Part shown: piece after piece, positions 51,626 through 61,589 of the stretch | Layout: every line of letters begins with the position of its first letter | How positions within the stretch are numbered: position 1 is the first letter of the stretch | Source: an uncultured Candidatus Rokubacteria bacterium | GTDB taxonomy: Bacteria > Methylomirabilota > Methylomirabilia > Rokubacteriales > DASRDR01 | Length of the DNA stretch: 64,000 nt | NCBI GenBank assembly: GCA_963805625.1 | Contig: CAWDVE010000010.1 | Span: 1,184,001-1,248,000, forward strand | Direction: 5' to 3' | Notes under the pieces: generated by a model | Seen by the model: the letters and a program-made list of their open reading frames with translations, nothing else | Databases searched by the model: none | Told to the model about the DNA's origin: nothing | Translations under genes and position numbers: made by a program

Positions 51626-52135
51626 TCAGTCCTCCATGAGCTCGCGCGACAGGAGCAGGGCGACCGGCCCGAGCGATGACCAGGCGAGCGCCTGGGCGTC
51701 GTGGATCTGCTGGCCGACGCGCCCGGGCTCGCGCGCGTGCTCGAACGGCAGCCCGAGCGCCCGCAGGACGGGCTCGGTCACGATGCCGCCCTGCGTGTGC
51801 CACGGGTACGGCTCGCCGAAGTGCCCGCGGTGCGCGATCAGCATGACGAGCGGGATATGGTAGAGCATCGCCAGCGACACGATCCCGTTGATGCTGGCGA
51901 GGAAGCCGTGGTTCTGCATGAGGAGCGCGTTCCTGGCGCCGGCGAAGTAGGCGCCGGCGGCGATACCGATCGCCTCTTCCTCCTTGGCGACCTCGACCAG
52001 CGTCATCTCCGGATCGTCCTCGGTCAGCTGGAGGAGGTAGACCAGCCAGGTCTCGGGGAGCGCCGTGAGAAAGCGGATGCCGGCGGACTGGATCCCCCGG
52101 TAGATCGCCTTCGAGTTGTCCCGGGAGACCGTCAT
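51626..52135 (-). CDS. TPP-dependent decarboxylase alpha subunit (ComD-like)
   Basis: ALPETWL, KEEEAIGIAAGA, LMQNHG, IPLVMLIAHRG..GE. ATGA overlap with the upstream oxidase. Confidence 0.8.
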   Translation of the reverse strand: MTVSRDNSKAIYRGIQSAGIRFLTALPETWLVYLLQLTEDDPEMTLVEVAKEEEAIGIAAGAYFAGARNALLMQNHGFLASINGIVSLAMLYHIPLVMLIAHRGHFGEPYPWHTQGGIVTEPVLRALGLPFEHAREPGRVGQQIHDAQALAWSSLGPVALLLSRELMED

Positions 52136-53340
52136 GAGGTCGTGGTCGCCGCGCGGAGCTTCGGGTGCGGCGGGTCGGTCGCCGACGCCGACGGCAGGAG
52201 ATCCCCATCCCGGAACCGCGACCACCGGAAGGGCGCGAGATCCCACCCGGCGGCGTGGCCCTCCACGACCGACTCGGCCATGATGGCCCCGATGGCCGGC
52301 GAGTGCTTGAAGCCGTGGCCGCTCCATCCGAAGTCGGCGTGGAGGCCCTGGTACTCCGGGATCGGACCGAGCACGGGCTCGTGATCCGGCGTGACGTCGT
52401 AGACTCCCGAGTACCCGCCCATCGACAGCCCGTGCTCCATGATGGGAAAGCGATGGGCGATCAGCTCGGCATTCCGAATGACTTCCTGAGGGTCGGCGCC
52501 CTCGTTGTACTGGTCGGGATCGACCACCTCCTGGTAGGTGGAGAGGCCGACGATCGTCAGGTTCCCGGTCTCGGGCCGCATGTACGTGCCACTCGGCCGG
52601 TCGATCATGCCGGGGTGCCCGTCGAAGCCGGGCGGACGCCGGAAGAAGCACATCTGGTGGCGCTTCGGAGCGACCGGCACCGTGATCCCGAGCGGCGCGA
52701 GAAGCGCTGGCGCCCAGAGTCCCGCGCAGACGACCACGGCCGGCGCGTGGATCTCGCCCGCCGCCGTGCGAACGCCGGCCACGCGGCCGCCCGCCACGAG
52801 GATGGCCTCGACGGGCACGTGCTGGACGATGGTGGCCCCGAGCTCGCGGGCACTCGCGGCGAGCGCGTTGGTCGTCGCGGCAGCGTCGGCGTACCCGGAT
52901 TCCGGCTCATGGGCGGCCACCGCCAGGTCGTCCACGGTCATCGCGGGCACCAGCGCTTTCACCTCGCCAGGGGTCAGCAGGTCGACCCGCACGCCGAGAG
53001 CGCGCGCCCGCCGGACGTTCTCGCTGAGGTTGGCCGCCCGGTCGGCCCCGGCGAGCCAGAGAATACCAACCTGACGGAAGCCCGGGTCTCCGCCGCCAAT
53101 CTCATCCGACCACCGCTGGAAGCGGTGCGCCGAGGCGTTGCCGGTGCGTGTGAGGAAATCCATGGCGTAGAAGCGGCGGACCAGCGCCGAGGACCGGCCC
53201 GTGGGGCCGGACGCGAGGAACTTGCGCTCCACGAGCACCACCCGCCCGGCTCGCCGGTGGGCGAGATGGTAGGCGACGCTGGCTCCATGGACTCCGCCTC
53301 CGACGACGACGATATCGGCCGTGCGCGGCACGTCTGCCAT
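52132..53340 (-). CDS. FAD-dependent oxidoreductase (DAO/sarcosine oxidase beta-like)
   Basis: VVVGGGVHG, GPTGRSS, GVYDVTPDHEPVLG, GWSGHGFK. Confidence 0.88.
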   Translation of the reverse strand: MADVPRTADIVVVGGGVHGASVAYHLAHRRAGRVVLVERKFLASGPTGRSSALVRRFYAMDFLTRTGNASAHRFQRWSDEIGGGDPGFRQVGILWLAGADRAANLSENVRRARALGVRVDLLTPGEVKALVPAMTVDDLAVAAHEPESGYADAAATTNALAASARELGATIVQHVPVEAILVAGGRVAGVRTAAGEIHAPAVVVCAGLWAPALLAPLGITVPVAPKRHQMCFFRRPPGFDGHPGMIDRPSGTYMRPETGNLTIVGLSTYQEVVDPDQYNEGADPQEVIRNAELIAHRFPIMEHGLSMGGYSGVYDVTPDHEPVLGPIPEYQGLHADFGWSGHGFKHSPAIGAIMAESVVEGHAAGWDLAPFRWSRFRDGDLLPSASATDPPHPKLRAATTTS

Positions 53341-53518
53341 GCGGATCTGGCTCCTTTCGGTAGTGGCTCAGGATCGATCGCTCCCGGAATCCGCGAGCCA
53401 GTAGGATAGCAGACGATCTTGGGTGGGAGCCGGTCGACCGGACACGTGCCCGCCGTCGGGATCTCGGCCCGGGAAACGGGAGCCGGGACGCTGCCCGGCT
53501 CCGAGAGGAGACTCGTGC

Positions 53519-54895
53519 ATGGGTCGTCTTCGTGCCGGCGTCTGCCGCGTGGACATCACGCCTCCCCTCGGCGTCGAACCCGGCGCCTGGCGGCTCCGGA
53601 CCGGCCGCGCCGACGGGGTTGATGAGCCGCTCGTCGCGCAGGCGCTCGTGCTCGATGACGGCAGCCGTCGAGTGGCGCTCGTCGCCACCGATCTTCTGTG
53701 GATGCCGCGGCACGTTGCCCAGGCCGCGCGGCGCCGGATCGCAGAGCTGACCGGGATCCCCGCCGAGGCCGTGCTTCTGAACGCCTCCCACAACCACAGC
53801 GCGCCGGTGCTGCTCGAGCCGGACAGCGTGCGAGCAGCCGTGCGCACCGAGGGTCTCGACGGATACGCGGCCGCACTGCCGGACCGGCTGGCCGGGGCCG
53901 TCTACGGGGCCAACGTCCACCGGCAGCCGGCGGCGATTGGCGCGGGAGTCGGGCGGGCCCCGGGAGTCTCCGTCAACCGCGTCGACCCGCGTCGGTCGGT
54001 CGACGACACCGTAACCGTGCTCCGCGTGGACGGCGAGGGCGGCATGATGGCGATCGTCGTGGGATTCGCGTGCCACGGCACCTGCGTCGGGGGCCAGACT
54101 CTCCGGTGGAACGCCGACTTCCCTCATGCCCTCCGGGTGGCCGTCGAGCGGGCCCATCCGGGAACCGAGTGCCTGTTCTTCCAGGCGTGCGCTGGAGACC
54201 TGGCGCCGCTCGACTACTGGTTCGGGAACGAGGCCGCGGTCCGGCACGGCTATCCGGCCCGCGACCGGGTCGGCGGGGCGCTCGCGGCAGAGGTGCGCCG
54301 GGTCGTGCCGACGATCTGGACGGCGGGCGAGCCCGAGCTCACGGTCGAGAGCCGCCTGGTCCCGCTCCGCCGGCGACGCCTCCCGTGGTCCGACGCCGAC
54401 CTGGATCGCGTGGAGCGGCGACTCGCCGCTGAGTCCGAGCCGGCGTTCCCGGAGGTCTGGGCCGACGAGGTCCACACCGCGACGTCCGCCCAGCGCTTCC
54501 CGCTTCACTACCAGCGAGGCGCCCTCGCCATGTACCGTGACATGCGGCGGCGCCAGGACGCGCCGGTCCAGGCCGAGGTCCAGGCGCTGGCCATAGGCGA
54601 CATCGCGATCGTCGGCACCGGGTTCGAGCTCTTCAGCGGCCCTGGCCGCGCCGTTCGCGAGCGGAGCCCGTTCAGGACCACGCTCGTCCTCGGCTACTCG
54701 AACGACTACCTGGGCTATCTCCCGCCGACGGAGGACTTCGACCGGATCGCCGACGTTCCGCTGGACGCGGTGCTGGACCAGGACCGGTACCGCTGGGCGT
54801 ACGGCATCACGAACACACACCTCGACCGGGGCGAGATCGATCGCCTCCTGGCCTCGGCCGACGACGCCCTTCGGGCGATCCACCGGGGGCGTTGA
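53519..54895 (+). CDS. Neutral/alkaline ceramidase-like amidohydrolase
   Basis: AG..RVDITPP, QALVL, ASHNHSAP, NR, FACHGT, ADFP, QACAGD, GYSNDYLGYLP. AGGAG RBS. Confidence 0.75.
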   Translation: MGRLRAGVCRVDITPPLGVEPGAWRLRTGRADGVDEPLVAQALVLDDGSRRVALVATDLLWMPRHVAQAARRRIAELTGIPAEAVLLNASHNHSAPVLLEPDSVRAAVRTEGLDGYAAALPDRLAGAVYGANVHRQPAAIGAGVGRAPGVSVNRVDPRRSVDDTVTVLRVDGEGGMMAIVVGFACHGTCVGGQTLRWNADFPHALRVAVERAHPGTECLFFQACAGDLAPLDYWFGNEAAVRHGYPARDRVGGALAAEVRRVVPTIWTAGEPELTVESRLVPLRRRRLPWSDADLDRVERRLAAESEPAFPEVWADEVHTATSAQRFPLHYQRGALAMYRDMRRRQDAPVQAEVQALAIGDIAIVGTGFELFSGPGRAVRERSPFRTTLVLGYSNDYLGYLPPTEDFDRIADVPLDAVLDQDRYRWAYGITNTHLDRGEIDRLLASADDALRAIHRGR

Positions 54896-55160
54896 CGTGA
54901 GGGAAATCTGCTGGTCGCCGTCGGGGCGGCGGCGGGCGATGGCCAGGTCCGGGATCTCTACGCCGGCTGTTGGTTCGGCAGCCTCTCGATGCGAAGCTTC
55001 ACGCTGTCGGCCTGATCAGCCTAGGCCCTATTCCGGAATCAGCTCAGCTCACTTACCACAATGTTCCAATCACTTACACTAACTCACAGCAGATCTGGCT
55101 TCAATGCCAGATGGCAGGCATGAGCCACCCGCGCCACCGAGCTCCGGGAGCCGGAGGCCC

Positions 55161-55718
55161 CTAGCGCATCCGGGGGGCGAGCCGGTCCTTCAGACCCTTC
55201 AGGCGAAAGCCCAGCATGATCGTCAGCACGCCGAAGACGATCGCGAATCCGCCGATCCACCACAGCACGGCCAGCGCGCCGGCGCCGGGGGCCACGACCA
55301 GGACCACACCGAGGGCGAGGGACAGGAGGCCGCTCAAGGCGAGCAGCCACTCGTTCTCGATCTCCTTCCGGAGGTGGAAGGCGGCGATGATCTCGAAGAT
55401 CCCGCGGATGATCGCCCACGCCGCGATCAGGTAGAGGAGCGCCAGCCCCGTGAGCCCGGGGTAGAGGAAGGTCACAACCCCGACGGCCACGCCCGCCAGG
55501 CCGGCCAGCAGCACGCCCCAGGGGAAAGGCCCCGCCTGGCGTCCGACCAGGGCCCACGCGACTGCCAGCACTCCCTCGACCAGCGCATAGGCGCCGTAGA
55601 GCAGGACCAGCACGGCCAGCGTGATGCCCGGCCAGGCGAAGGCCCCGACGCCGAAGAGCACGGCGCACACGCCACGCAGCACGATCGCCCACCAGTTCTG
55701 TGCCAGCGTCCTCAGCAT
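55161..55718 (-). CDS. HdeD/DUF308 family membrane protein
   Basis: NWWAIVLRG..LFG..WPG.T, repeated TM hairpins, LRKEIENEW. Confidence 0.85.
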   Translation of the reverse strand: MLRTLAQNWWAIVLRGVCAVLFGVGAFAWPGITLAVLVLLYGAYALVEGVLAVAWALVGRQAGPFPWGVLLAGLAGVAVGVVTFLYPGLTGLALLYLIAAWAIIRGIFEIIAAFHLRKEIENEWLLALSGLLSLALGVVLVVAPGAGALAVLWWIGGFAIVFGVLTIMLGFRLKGLKDRLAPRMR

Positions 55719-55818
55719 CGGACCCTCCTCCCGTTCTGAGCGATTGACGGCCATCGGCTCGAGATGACGACCACCCGAGCCCGTCTAGCGCGAGAGCAGA
55801 GGCGAAAGGGCCTCTGGA

Positions 55819-57258
55819 TCACCGCCACGTCTTGCGTCCCCGTCTCTGGACCTCTCGCCAGCAATCCTCGAAGGCCGCCCGCGCGGCCTGCCGGCGCGCG
55901 TGCTGGCGCTCGACGAGGAGGCCGGCGACGAAGCCGGCACCCGGGCCCGGAGCTTCCCTGGCCAGCTCGCGCAGGCGCGCCTCGGCCACGGCCGCGTCCT
56001 GGTGCTCCCCGAGAATGTCCTGGAGCATCTTCACCCGGTCGACGAAGCGCTCGGCGGCCTGACCCACGGCCGGGGCAGCCAGCTCTGCGGCATAGCGAGC
56101 GCGCTTGGCCTTGATCCGGACCATGTGGAGGTCCGCGTCGCCCGGCGTCTCCGGGAGCGACTTGACGGTCCTTCGTAGCTTCGTCCACGCACGAGTGGCC
56201 ACGTCGGCCAGTGACACGTCCGCGTCCACCACCGGTGGATGCGAGATCGTCTCCTCGATGCGGTCGAGGAGGGTGAGGTAGCGGGGGCTATCGAGGGCCG
56301 CCAGAAGCTCCTCGCGGGAGCGCGCGCCAGCCTTCTCGAGCCGCCTGAGGAGCGCCCGGCCGGCGCTACGGTCCTGACGCTCGAGCCTGCCGAGCTCCTC
56401 GCGGAGATGCTCCCGCATCACGTCGAGGTCACGCCGGCCACCGAGTGTCGCTCCGAGCCAGGTCAATTCTTCCCGAAGCGCCTTGATGGGCCTCGGCGCG
56501 AACATCGGCCGGGCCGCCCGCATGACTGCGCGGAGACGCCGCACGGCCACTCGCATCTGGTGGAGCTCTTCCGGATCCTCGCCGAGCCGGGTGCCCGGAT
56601 CGTGCGCGCGAATGGCCTCGAGCTGGATGCGCATCGCGGCCAGCACCCGGTCGAGCGGCGTGGCGGACGGGCCTGGAGGCTTGACCTCGAGGGAGAAGTC
56701 GAGCCCCAGCGCTCGGAAGACCTTCGGCGCCCCCTGGCTCTCCGTGGCGCCGCCCGCCCGCAACAGGGCGCCGAGGCGCTCGAGGACCGCGTCGTCACCA
56801 GTCCCGACCAGCTCGATCTCGACCTCGCGAAAGCGCCGCTTGACCTTCCGCCCGTCGAGCACCGCCACCGAGTCCAGCACCACCTCGGCGACCGGCCGCC
56901 TCCGCTCACGTACGAGAACCCCCGTGCGCCGGGTGCGGAGCGTGGCGATGGGTCCGAGGTGAGCTTCGCGCGTGTAGACGCGGAGGAGACGTCCGAGCTC
57001 GTCCGGGAGCCGGAACGACGAGCCCGGCAGCTCCAGCTCCAGGCGCCCCACCTGGCGCGGCAGCTTGACCTGCCAGAGCGGCCGTTGCTTCTCGATGCGG
57101 CAGCGAAGCGTGACGCCGGAACGGGCGAGGCGATGGTCGGGCGTGTCGTAGTATCGGGAGACGAACACCCGCGGAACCAGGGGCCGACCGGGAAGCCTGG
57201 GCAAGCGGAAGCCCGGCTCGACTTCGAGCTTCAGCTCACGCTCGAGGATCTGTTTCAC
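55819..57258 (-). CDS. CYTH + CHAD domain protein (polyphosphate-binding/triphosphatase-like)
   Basis: ERELKL, YYDTPD.RL, FREVEIEL (CYTH). LHQMRVAVRRLR, RDLDV, LHMVRIKAKRARY, QDILGEHQD (CHAD). Confidence 0.88.
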   Translation of the reverse strand: MKQILERELKLEVEPGFRLPRLPGRPLVPRVFVSRYYDTPDHRLARSGVTLRCRIEKQRPLWQVKLPRQVGRLELELPGSSFRLPDELGRLLRVYTREAHLGPIATLRTRRTGVLVRERRRPVAEVVLDSVAVLDGRKVKRRFREVEIELVGTGDDAVLERLGALLRAGGATESQGAPKVFRALGLDFSLEVKPPGPSATPLDRVLAAMRIQLEAIRAHDPGTRLGEDPEELHQMRVAVRRLRAVMRAARPMFAPRPIKALREELTWLGATLGGRRDLDVMREHLREELGRLERQDRSAGRALLRRLEKAGARSREELLAALDSPRYLTLLDRIEETISHPPVVDADVSLADVATRAWTKLRRTVKSLPETPGDADLHMVRIKAKRARYAAELAAPAVGQAAERFVDRVKMLQDILGEHQDAAVAEARLRELAREAPGPGAGFVAGLLVERQHARRQAARAAFEDCWREVQRRGRKTWR

Positions 57259-57493
57259 GCCACTCGACCCAACCGGAGGCCGGGCTTCGCCGGCTCCCGC
57301 ATCCAGAATAGCCCACGCCGGCCTCAGGCCGCCACCGCCGGTCCGGCCGCGTACCGGCGCCCTCCCGGCCAGCGCGATCGCCGTCCGGACACCGCCTGGT
57401 TCGAGCGCATCGACACGACCTGGCCGGCGTACAATCCCGCCTGATGATGACGCCGACGGGCGCGCTCGCTGACGCACCGCCGAGGCGCGGCCG

Positions 57494-57973
57494 GTGAGGC
57501 GGCGACTCGACCTCCGGGGGCTCGGGCGCGGGCTCCTCGGGTTCTGGGCCCTCTACTTCGCCATCGTCGCGCTCTCGAACCTGACGGACCTTGGCCAGAG
57601 CCTCCACCTCCTGCCGGCGGACTGGCGCTGGGTCTCGGGCAACCTGGCATTCATCAGGGCCAGCACGGAAAGGCTCCCGGCCTGGACGAGCCAGCTTCTG
57701 CTCGCGGGCGTCATCGCCTGGCAGGCGCTCGCTGGCGTGCTGTTCTGGCGGGCGGCCCGGGATCCGGCCGGACGATGGCTGGGTCCGGCCTTCGTGGTGA
57801 GTCTCTCGCTGTGGGCGACGTTCATCCTGCTCGACGAGCTACTCCTGATCTTCGAGACCGGCGCGGAGGCTACCCACTTCCGGCTCATGATCGCCGAGCT
57901 GCTGACCCTCGTCCTGCTAAGGCCCGGCGGACTCCTGGGAGCGACGGAGGGTTCCTCCCCACCGCCGGACTAG
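57494..57973 (+). CDS. Hypothetical multi-pass membrane protein
   Basis: Four hydrophobic segments with GC3-biased codons. Confidence 0.6.
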   Translation: MRRRLDLRGLGRGLLGFWALYFAIVALSNLTDLGQSLHLLPADWRWVSGNLAFIRASTERLPAWTSQLLLAGVIAWQALAGVLFWRAARDPAGRWLGPAFVVSLSLWATFILLDELLLIFETGAEATHFRLMIAELLTLVLLRPGGLLGATEGSSPPPD

Positions 57974-59026
57974 GCAAGATGGCGGTCCGCCCGGTAGTGC
58001 ACCCCGAGCAGATCGGCCCCGAAGTTGCTCCGGGGGTCGTGCCAGACCGAGTGGATGTGGTTGGCGTTGTTCTGCGTGTTGTCGTACTCGATCAGCACCG
58101 TCGGTCCGTGGAGTCGGTAGTAGTGGGGTCGTTTGGCGTCGATGGGACCGGCCCAGGCGAAGTGGATCCGCTCGATTCCGGCCGCGTTGAGCTTCCAGAG
58201 CTCGCTCTCCGCAAGGTCGCCGCGCATGTTCCGCGCGTAGGTCTCGAGAAGCCGCAGGGCCAGCGCACGCGACTCCCCGCCGAGATTCCCGACCGGTGCC
58301 CCCACGGGTGCCCGGAGGCTCTGGTCCCGGCCCGGGCCGCTCACGATGTCACCGAGCGACTCGGCCGCGATCGTCGCGCGCGCGCGCGGCCGGATCGAGG
58401 CTCCCGGCAAGGGCCAGGCCGAGATCCTGCTCGGCCTGGAGGGCGCGCAGTCCCTTCAGGGGACCCGACGGCACCTCCGCCGGGTTCGCGCCGAGGAACG
58501 CGGGGGTGACCGCGATGGCCCCGCCGGGGACGACCGTGAAGTTGAGCGAGAGATGGTGGCCCTCGAACCGCCACCCCCAGGGCGCGCCCTGATCGGGCGT
58601 CCCGAAGATCGTGACCGCGTAGTTGTCGGGGTCTCGCGTGAAACCGCCGAAGGTCTCGAGCTGGCGGAGAACGCCCTCGAGCCGCATGACGTCATGCGCC
58701 TTGGCATAGCCGGCCGCCGAGAGTCCAGCCTGCAGCAAGGCGTGGGTGGCGGCACGGGCATCGGCCGTCATGTCCTTGAGCGGCAGCCCCTCCCGCCGGC
58801 GCGGCACGTAGTGCCAGTTCAGACGCTCGGCCTGCGTGAAGGGGAAGGTCGCTTGCCGAGCCCGTCGCGGGTCGAGCGTCCCCAGGAACGCGAGCGCGGC
58901 CCGGGCCATGGCCTCGTGCCCGCTCTCCTCGGCCCAGAGCCACGTGGGCCGCCCGGCGGTCCCCAGCGCAGCCGCGGCCGCAAGGCCGTGGAGAAGCCCC
59001 CGTCGCCCGAGCCGTCGGGCTCCCAC
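57970..59026 (-). pseudogene. DUF3500 family Tat-exported protein, frameshifted at a (CG)7 tract
   Basis: RRGLL Tat leader, WHYVP..R.GL, IFGTP..WGWRFEGHHLSLN, then in a second frame FAWAG..HYYR..GP..LIEYDNTQ..ANHIHSVW.D..FG. Confidence 0.8.
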
Positions 59027-59028
59027 GG

Positions 59029-59592
59029 TTACCGGAGCGCAGTCGGGGCCAGGCGGCCCACGACGCGAAACCGTCCGCCCGTCTCAGGGACCAGCGTGAC
59101 GAACTCGCCGGGCACCGGATTGACGCCGGTCAAAGCCAGGATGTTCGCGCCGTGGGTGACCAGCACGAGGTTGCCCGTGGCGGGGCGCTCACCGGCCAGC
59201 CCCCGAACGGCGCGCGTGCGCTCCGGCTCGCGGGCTCGCTCCTCGAAAACCGAGTCGAGCGGCTCCCACGGCTCCACGCGTCCGAACGCCAGGCGCGCGG
59301 TCTCGAGGCACCGGCACCAGTGGCTCGACAGCACGCGCCCGACCGGGATACCTCGGGACCGAAAGGCCGCGCCCACCCGCCGCGCCTCATCCCGACCGGC
59401 TTCAGTCAGGTTACGCTGGGTGGAACAGTCCGCCAGTTTGAAGACGGGCGGGTCGCCGACCCCAGGCGTGGTCGTGGCGTGCCGCATCAGAACGACCTGA
59501 CCGCCTCCGCGCAAGAGGGTCCACAGCGCCTCGTCGGCGGCGACCCCCGTCGGCGCCAGGAGGAACAGGGCGAGCACGCTGACGAGCCGCAT
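59029..59592 (-). CDS. Secreted histidine phosphatase-family protein
   Basis: Signal peptide, LMRHA, CSTQRNL, SSHWCRCLETA, LVTHG. Confidence 0.8.
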   Translation of the reverse strand: MRLVSVLALFLLAPTGVAADEALWTLLRGGGQVVLMRHATTTPGVGDPPVFKLADCSTQRNLTEAGRDEARRVGAAFRSRGIPVGRVLSSHWCRCLETARLAFGRVEPWEPLDSVFEERAREPERTRAVRGLAGERPATGNLVLVTHGANILALTGVNPVPGEFVTLVPETGGRFRVVGRLAPTALR

Positions 59593-59715
59593 CGCGAAGG
59601 GACTCCCCTCAGGGCCGCCTCGAGCCCGACTTCATCCTATACGGAGCTTGACCGATCCGTTACCGTGTCCCTAGGGACGCGCGCAGACGCTGCGGACCGG
59701 GACGGAGGCAGCTTG

Positions 59716-60345
59716 ATGACACGGGACCGGGGCTGGTGGCCACCACGCCGAGAATTCCTGGGAGCGGCCCTCGCGCTCCCCTCCGCCGTCGTCCTGGCCG
59801 CGAGCCAGGCACTTGCCCAGCCGCGGACGCTCGCCGCGACACCGAGCTGCGTCGACAAGGGCGCGCCCACGCCGCCCCAGACGGCGGGTCCGTTCTACAA
59901 GCCCCGCTCGCCGCGCCGGACCTCCCTCCTCGAGCCGGGCATGGGCGGGACGCGAATTGTCCTCACGGGATCGGTCCTCACAACCGACTGCCGGCCGATC
60001 GCAGGCGCGCTCCTCGACTTCTGGCAGGCCGACGACCGGGGCGCGTACGACAACGCCGGCTTCCGCCTCCGAGGCCACCAGTTCGCGGACGAGCACGGCC
60101 GCTACCGGCTCGAGACCGTCATCCCCGGGCTCTACTCAGGGCGGACGCGCCACCTCCACGTCCGGGTGCAGGCGCCGAACCAGCCGGCCCTCACCACCCA
60201 GCTCTACTTCCCGGGCGAGCCCGGCAACCAGGGCGACTTCATCTTCCGGCCGGAGCTCGTCATCGCCGTGCGGGACGAGGCGGGTGCCAAGGCCGGCGCC
60301 TTCGACTTCGTGCTGGCAGTCCCCGCTCCGAAGCCGGCCGGCTGA
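59716..60345 (+). CDS. Tat-exported intradiol ring-cleavage dioxygenase-like protein
   Basis: RREFL leader, GPFY, WQAD..G.YD, LRG, PGLYSGRTRHLHV (Tyr/Tyr/His/His Fe ligands), TTQLYF. Confidence 0.82.
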   Translation: MTRDRGWWPPRREFLGAALALPSAVVLAASQALAQPRTLAATPSCVDKGAPTPPQTAGPFYKPRSPRRTSLLEPGMGGTRIVLTGSVLTTDCRPIAGALLDFWQADDRGAYDNAGFRLRGHQFADEHGRYRLETVIPGLYSGRTRHLHVRVQAPNQPALTTQLYFPGEPGNQGDFIFRPELVIAVRDEAGAKAGAFDFVLAVPAPKPAG

Positions 60346-60363
60346 GCTGGAGGAAGCGTCCCG

Positions 60364-60669
60364 ATGGGACACGTCGAGAAGGTCGATCGCACGCTCCCGC
60401 TGAACCAGATGATCTTCTACGTCCGCCGCGACGCGGAGCTCCGGCGCCGCTGGCGCGAGGACTTCGACGCCCTCGCCCGCGAGTTCGGCCTTTCGGCGGA
60501 GGAGATCGCAGCGGTCAAGGCTGCCGACGTCCGCCGGCTCAACGAGATGGGCGTGCACCAATACTACGTCTCCCAGATCCTCCGGCTCTCGTTCGGCGCG
60601 GCGGGCGCCTCGAACACGCATCCGGCCCTCGAGGCCTTCCGGCGCGCGTACCCCGAGCAGGTGCAGTAG
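60364..60669 (+). CDS. LigA-like small subunit of extradiol dioxygenase
   Basis: LNQM..R.RW..D..A...FGLS.EE..AV...D...L...GVH.Y pattern, directly upstream of a LigB-like gene. Confidence 0.7.
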   Translation: MGHVEKVDRTLPLNQMIFYVRRDAELRRRWREDFDALAREFGLSAEEIAAVKAADVRRLNEMGVHQYYVSQILRLSFGAAGASNTHPALEAFRRAYPEQVQ

Positions 60670-60677
60670 CGCACACG

Positions 60678-61520
60678 ATGGCCACCGTCGTCGCCGCGAT
60701 GGCCGCGACCCACGCCCCGGGGCTCACCGGGTGGTTCGACCGGGCACCCGAGACGGATCAGAAGGTCGTCCTCGACGGCTACGGCGAGCTGCGTCGCCGG
60801 CTCGAGGCGGCTCGGCCCGACGTCCTGCTCATGCTGGCGAACGACCATCTCCTGAACTGGCCGATCAACAACATTCCGGACTACACGGTCGGGATCGGGG
60901 AGGAGCACGTCGGCCCCGCCGACTGGTTCGACGAATGGCTCGCGCTCCCCAAGTACCGGGTCCAGGGCCGCCCCGATCTCGCGCGCGCGATCGTCCGGGA
61001 AGGCGCGCGGCTCGGCGTCATGTTCGCGTACCTGAATCGCCTCGAGCTCGACGACGGCATCTCGGTGCCGCTCCACTACCTGACGCCCGGCATGCAGATC
61101 CCGCTCGTGCCGATCACGCTCAACTGCACGGTGCCGCCCATCCCGTCATCCGAGCGAGCCTACCGCCTGGGGGAGGTGCTCCGCGAGATCGTGACGACGC
61201 GCTGGCCGGCGGGGATCCGCGTCGCGGTGATCGCGACCGGCGGGCTCTCCCACGAGCCCGGCGGACCGCGCTACCTCCAGGTCGACGAGGCCTTCGACCG
61301 CTGGTTCCTCGAGCGCCTCGCGGAGGGCGACCACCGCCGCATCGTAGGCGAGTGCACGGTCGAGCGGATGGAGACCGCGGGCTCGGGGGGCACCGCGGAA
61401 CTCCTCGCTTGGATCGCGGCGCTCCCTTTCACCGCCGGCCCGGCCGAGGTGCTCGGCTACGCGCCGACGCTGGCCTGGCGCACGGGAACCGGCATGGTCG
61501 CCTGGCCCTGCATGGCCTGA
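60678..61520 (+). CDS. LigB-family (class III) extradiol dioxygenase catalytic subunit
   Basis: ATHAP, NDH, ATGGLSH, FDRWFL, GGTAELLAW. Confidence 0.82.
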   Translation: MATVVAAMAATHAPGLTGWFDRAPETDQKVVLDGYGELRRRLEAARPDVLLMLANDHLLNWPINNIPDYTVGIGEEHVGPADWFDEWLALPKYRVQGRPDLARAIVREGARLGVMFAYLNRLELDDGISVPLHYLTPGMQIPLVPITLNCTVPPIPSSERAYRLGEVLREIVTTRWPAGIRVAVIATGGLSHEPGGPRYLQVDEAFDRWFLERLAEGDHRRIVGECTVERMETAGSGGTAELLAWIAALPFTAGPAEVLGYAPTLAWRTGTGMVAWPCMA

Positions 61521-61589
61521 TACTCTCTCCGCAGCTCTCGAGGCACGCATGGCACACGCACAGGACAGAGCGCCCGAGGAGGGGGCACG

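Noticed and set aside
54960-55110. Lower-GC spacer between convergent genes as an sRNA or mobile-element scar
   Set aside because: No recognisable structure, terminal repeats or credible ORF; only a short TCACTTAC duplication.
59152-61520. Track ORFs suggesting long dioxygenase fusions (59152-60345, 59736-61520)
   Set aside because: Alternate-frame extensions; three separate genes with their own starts explain the region.
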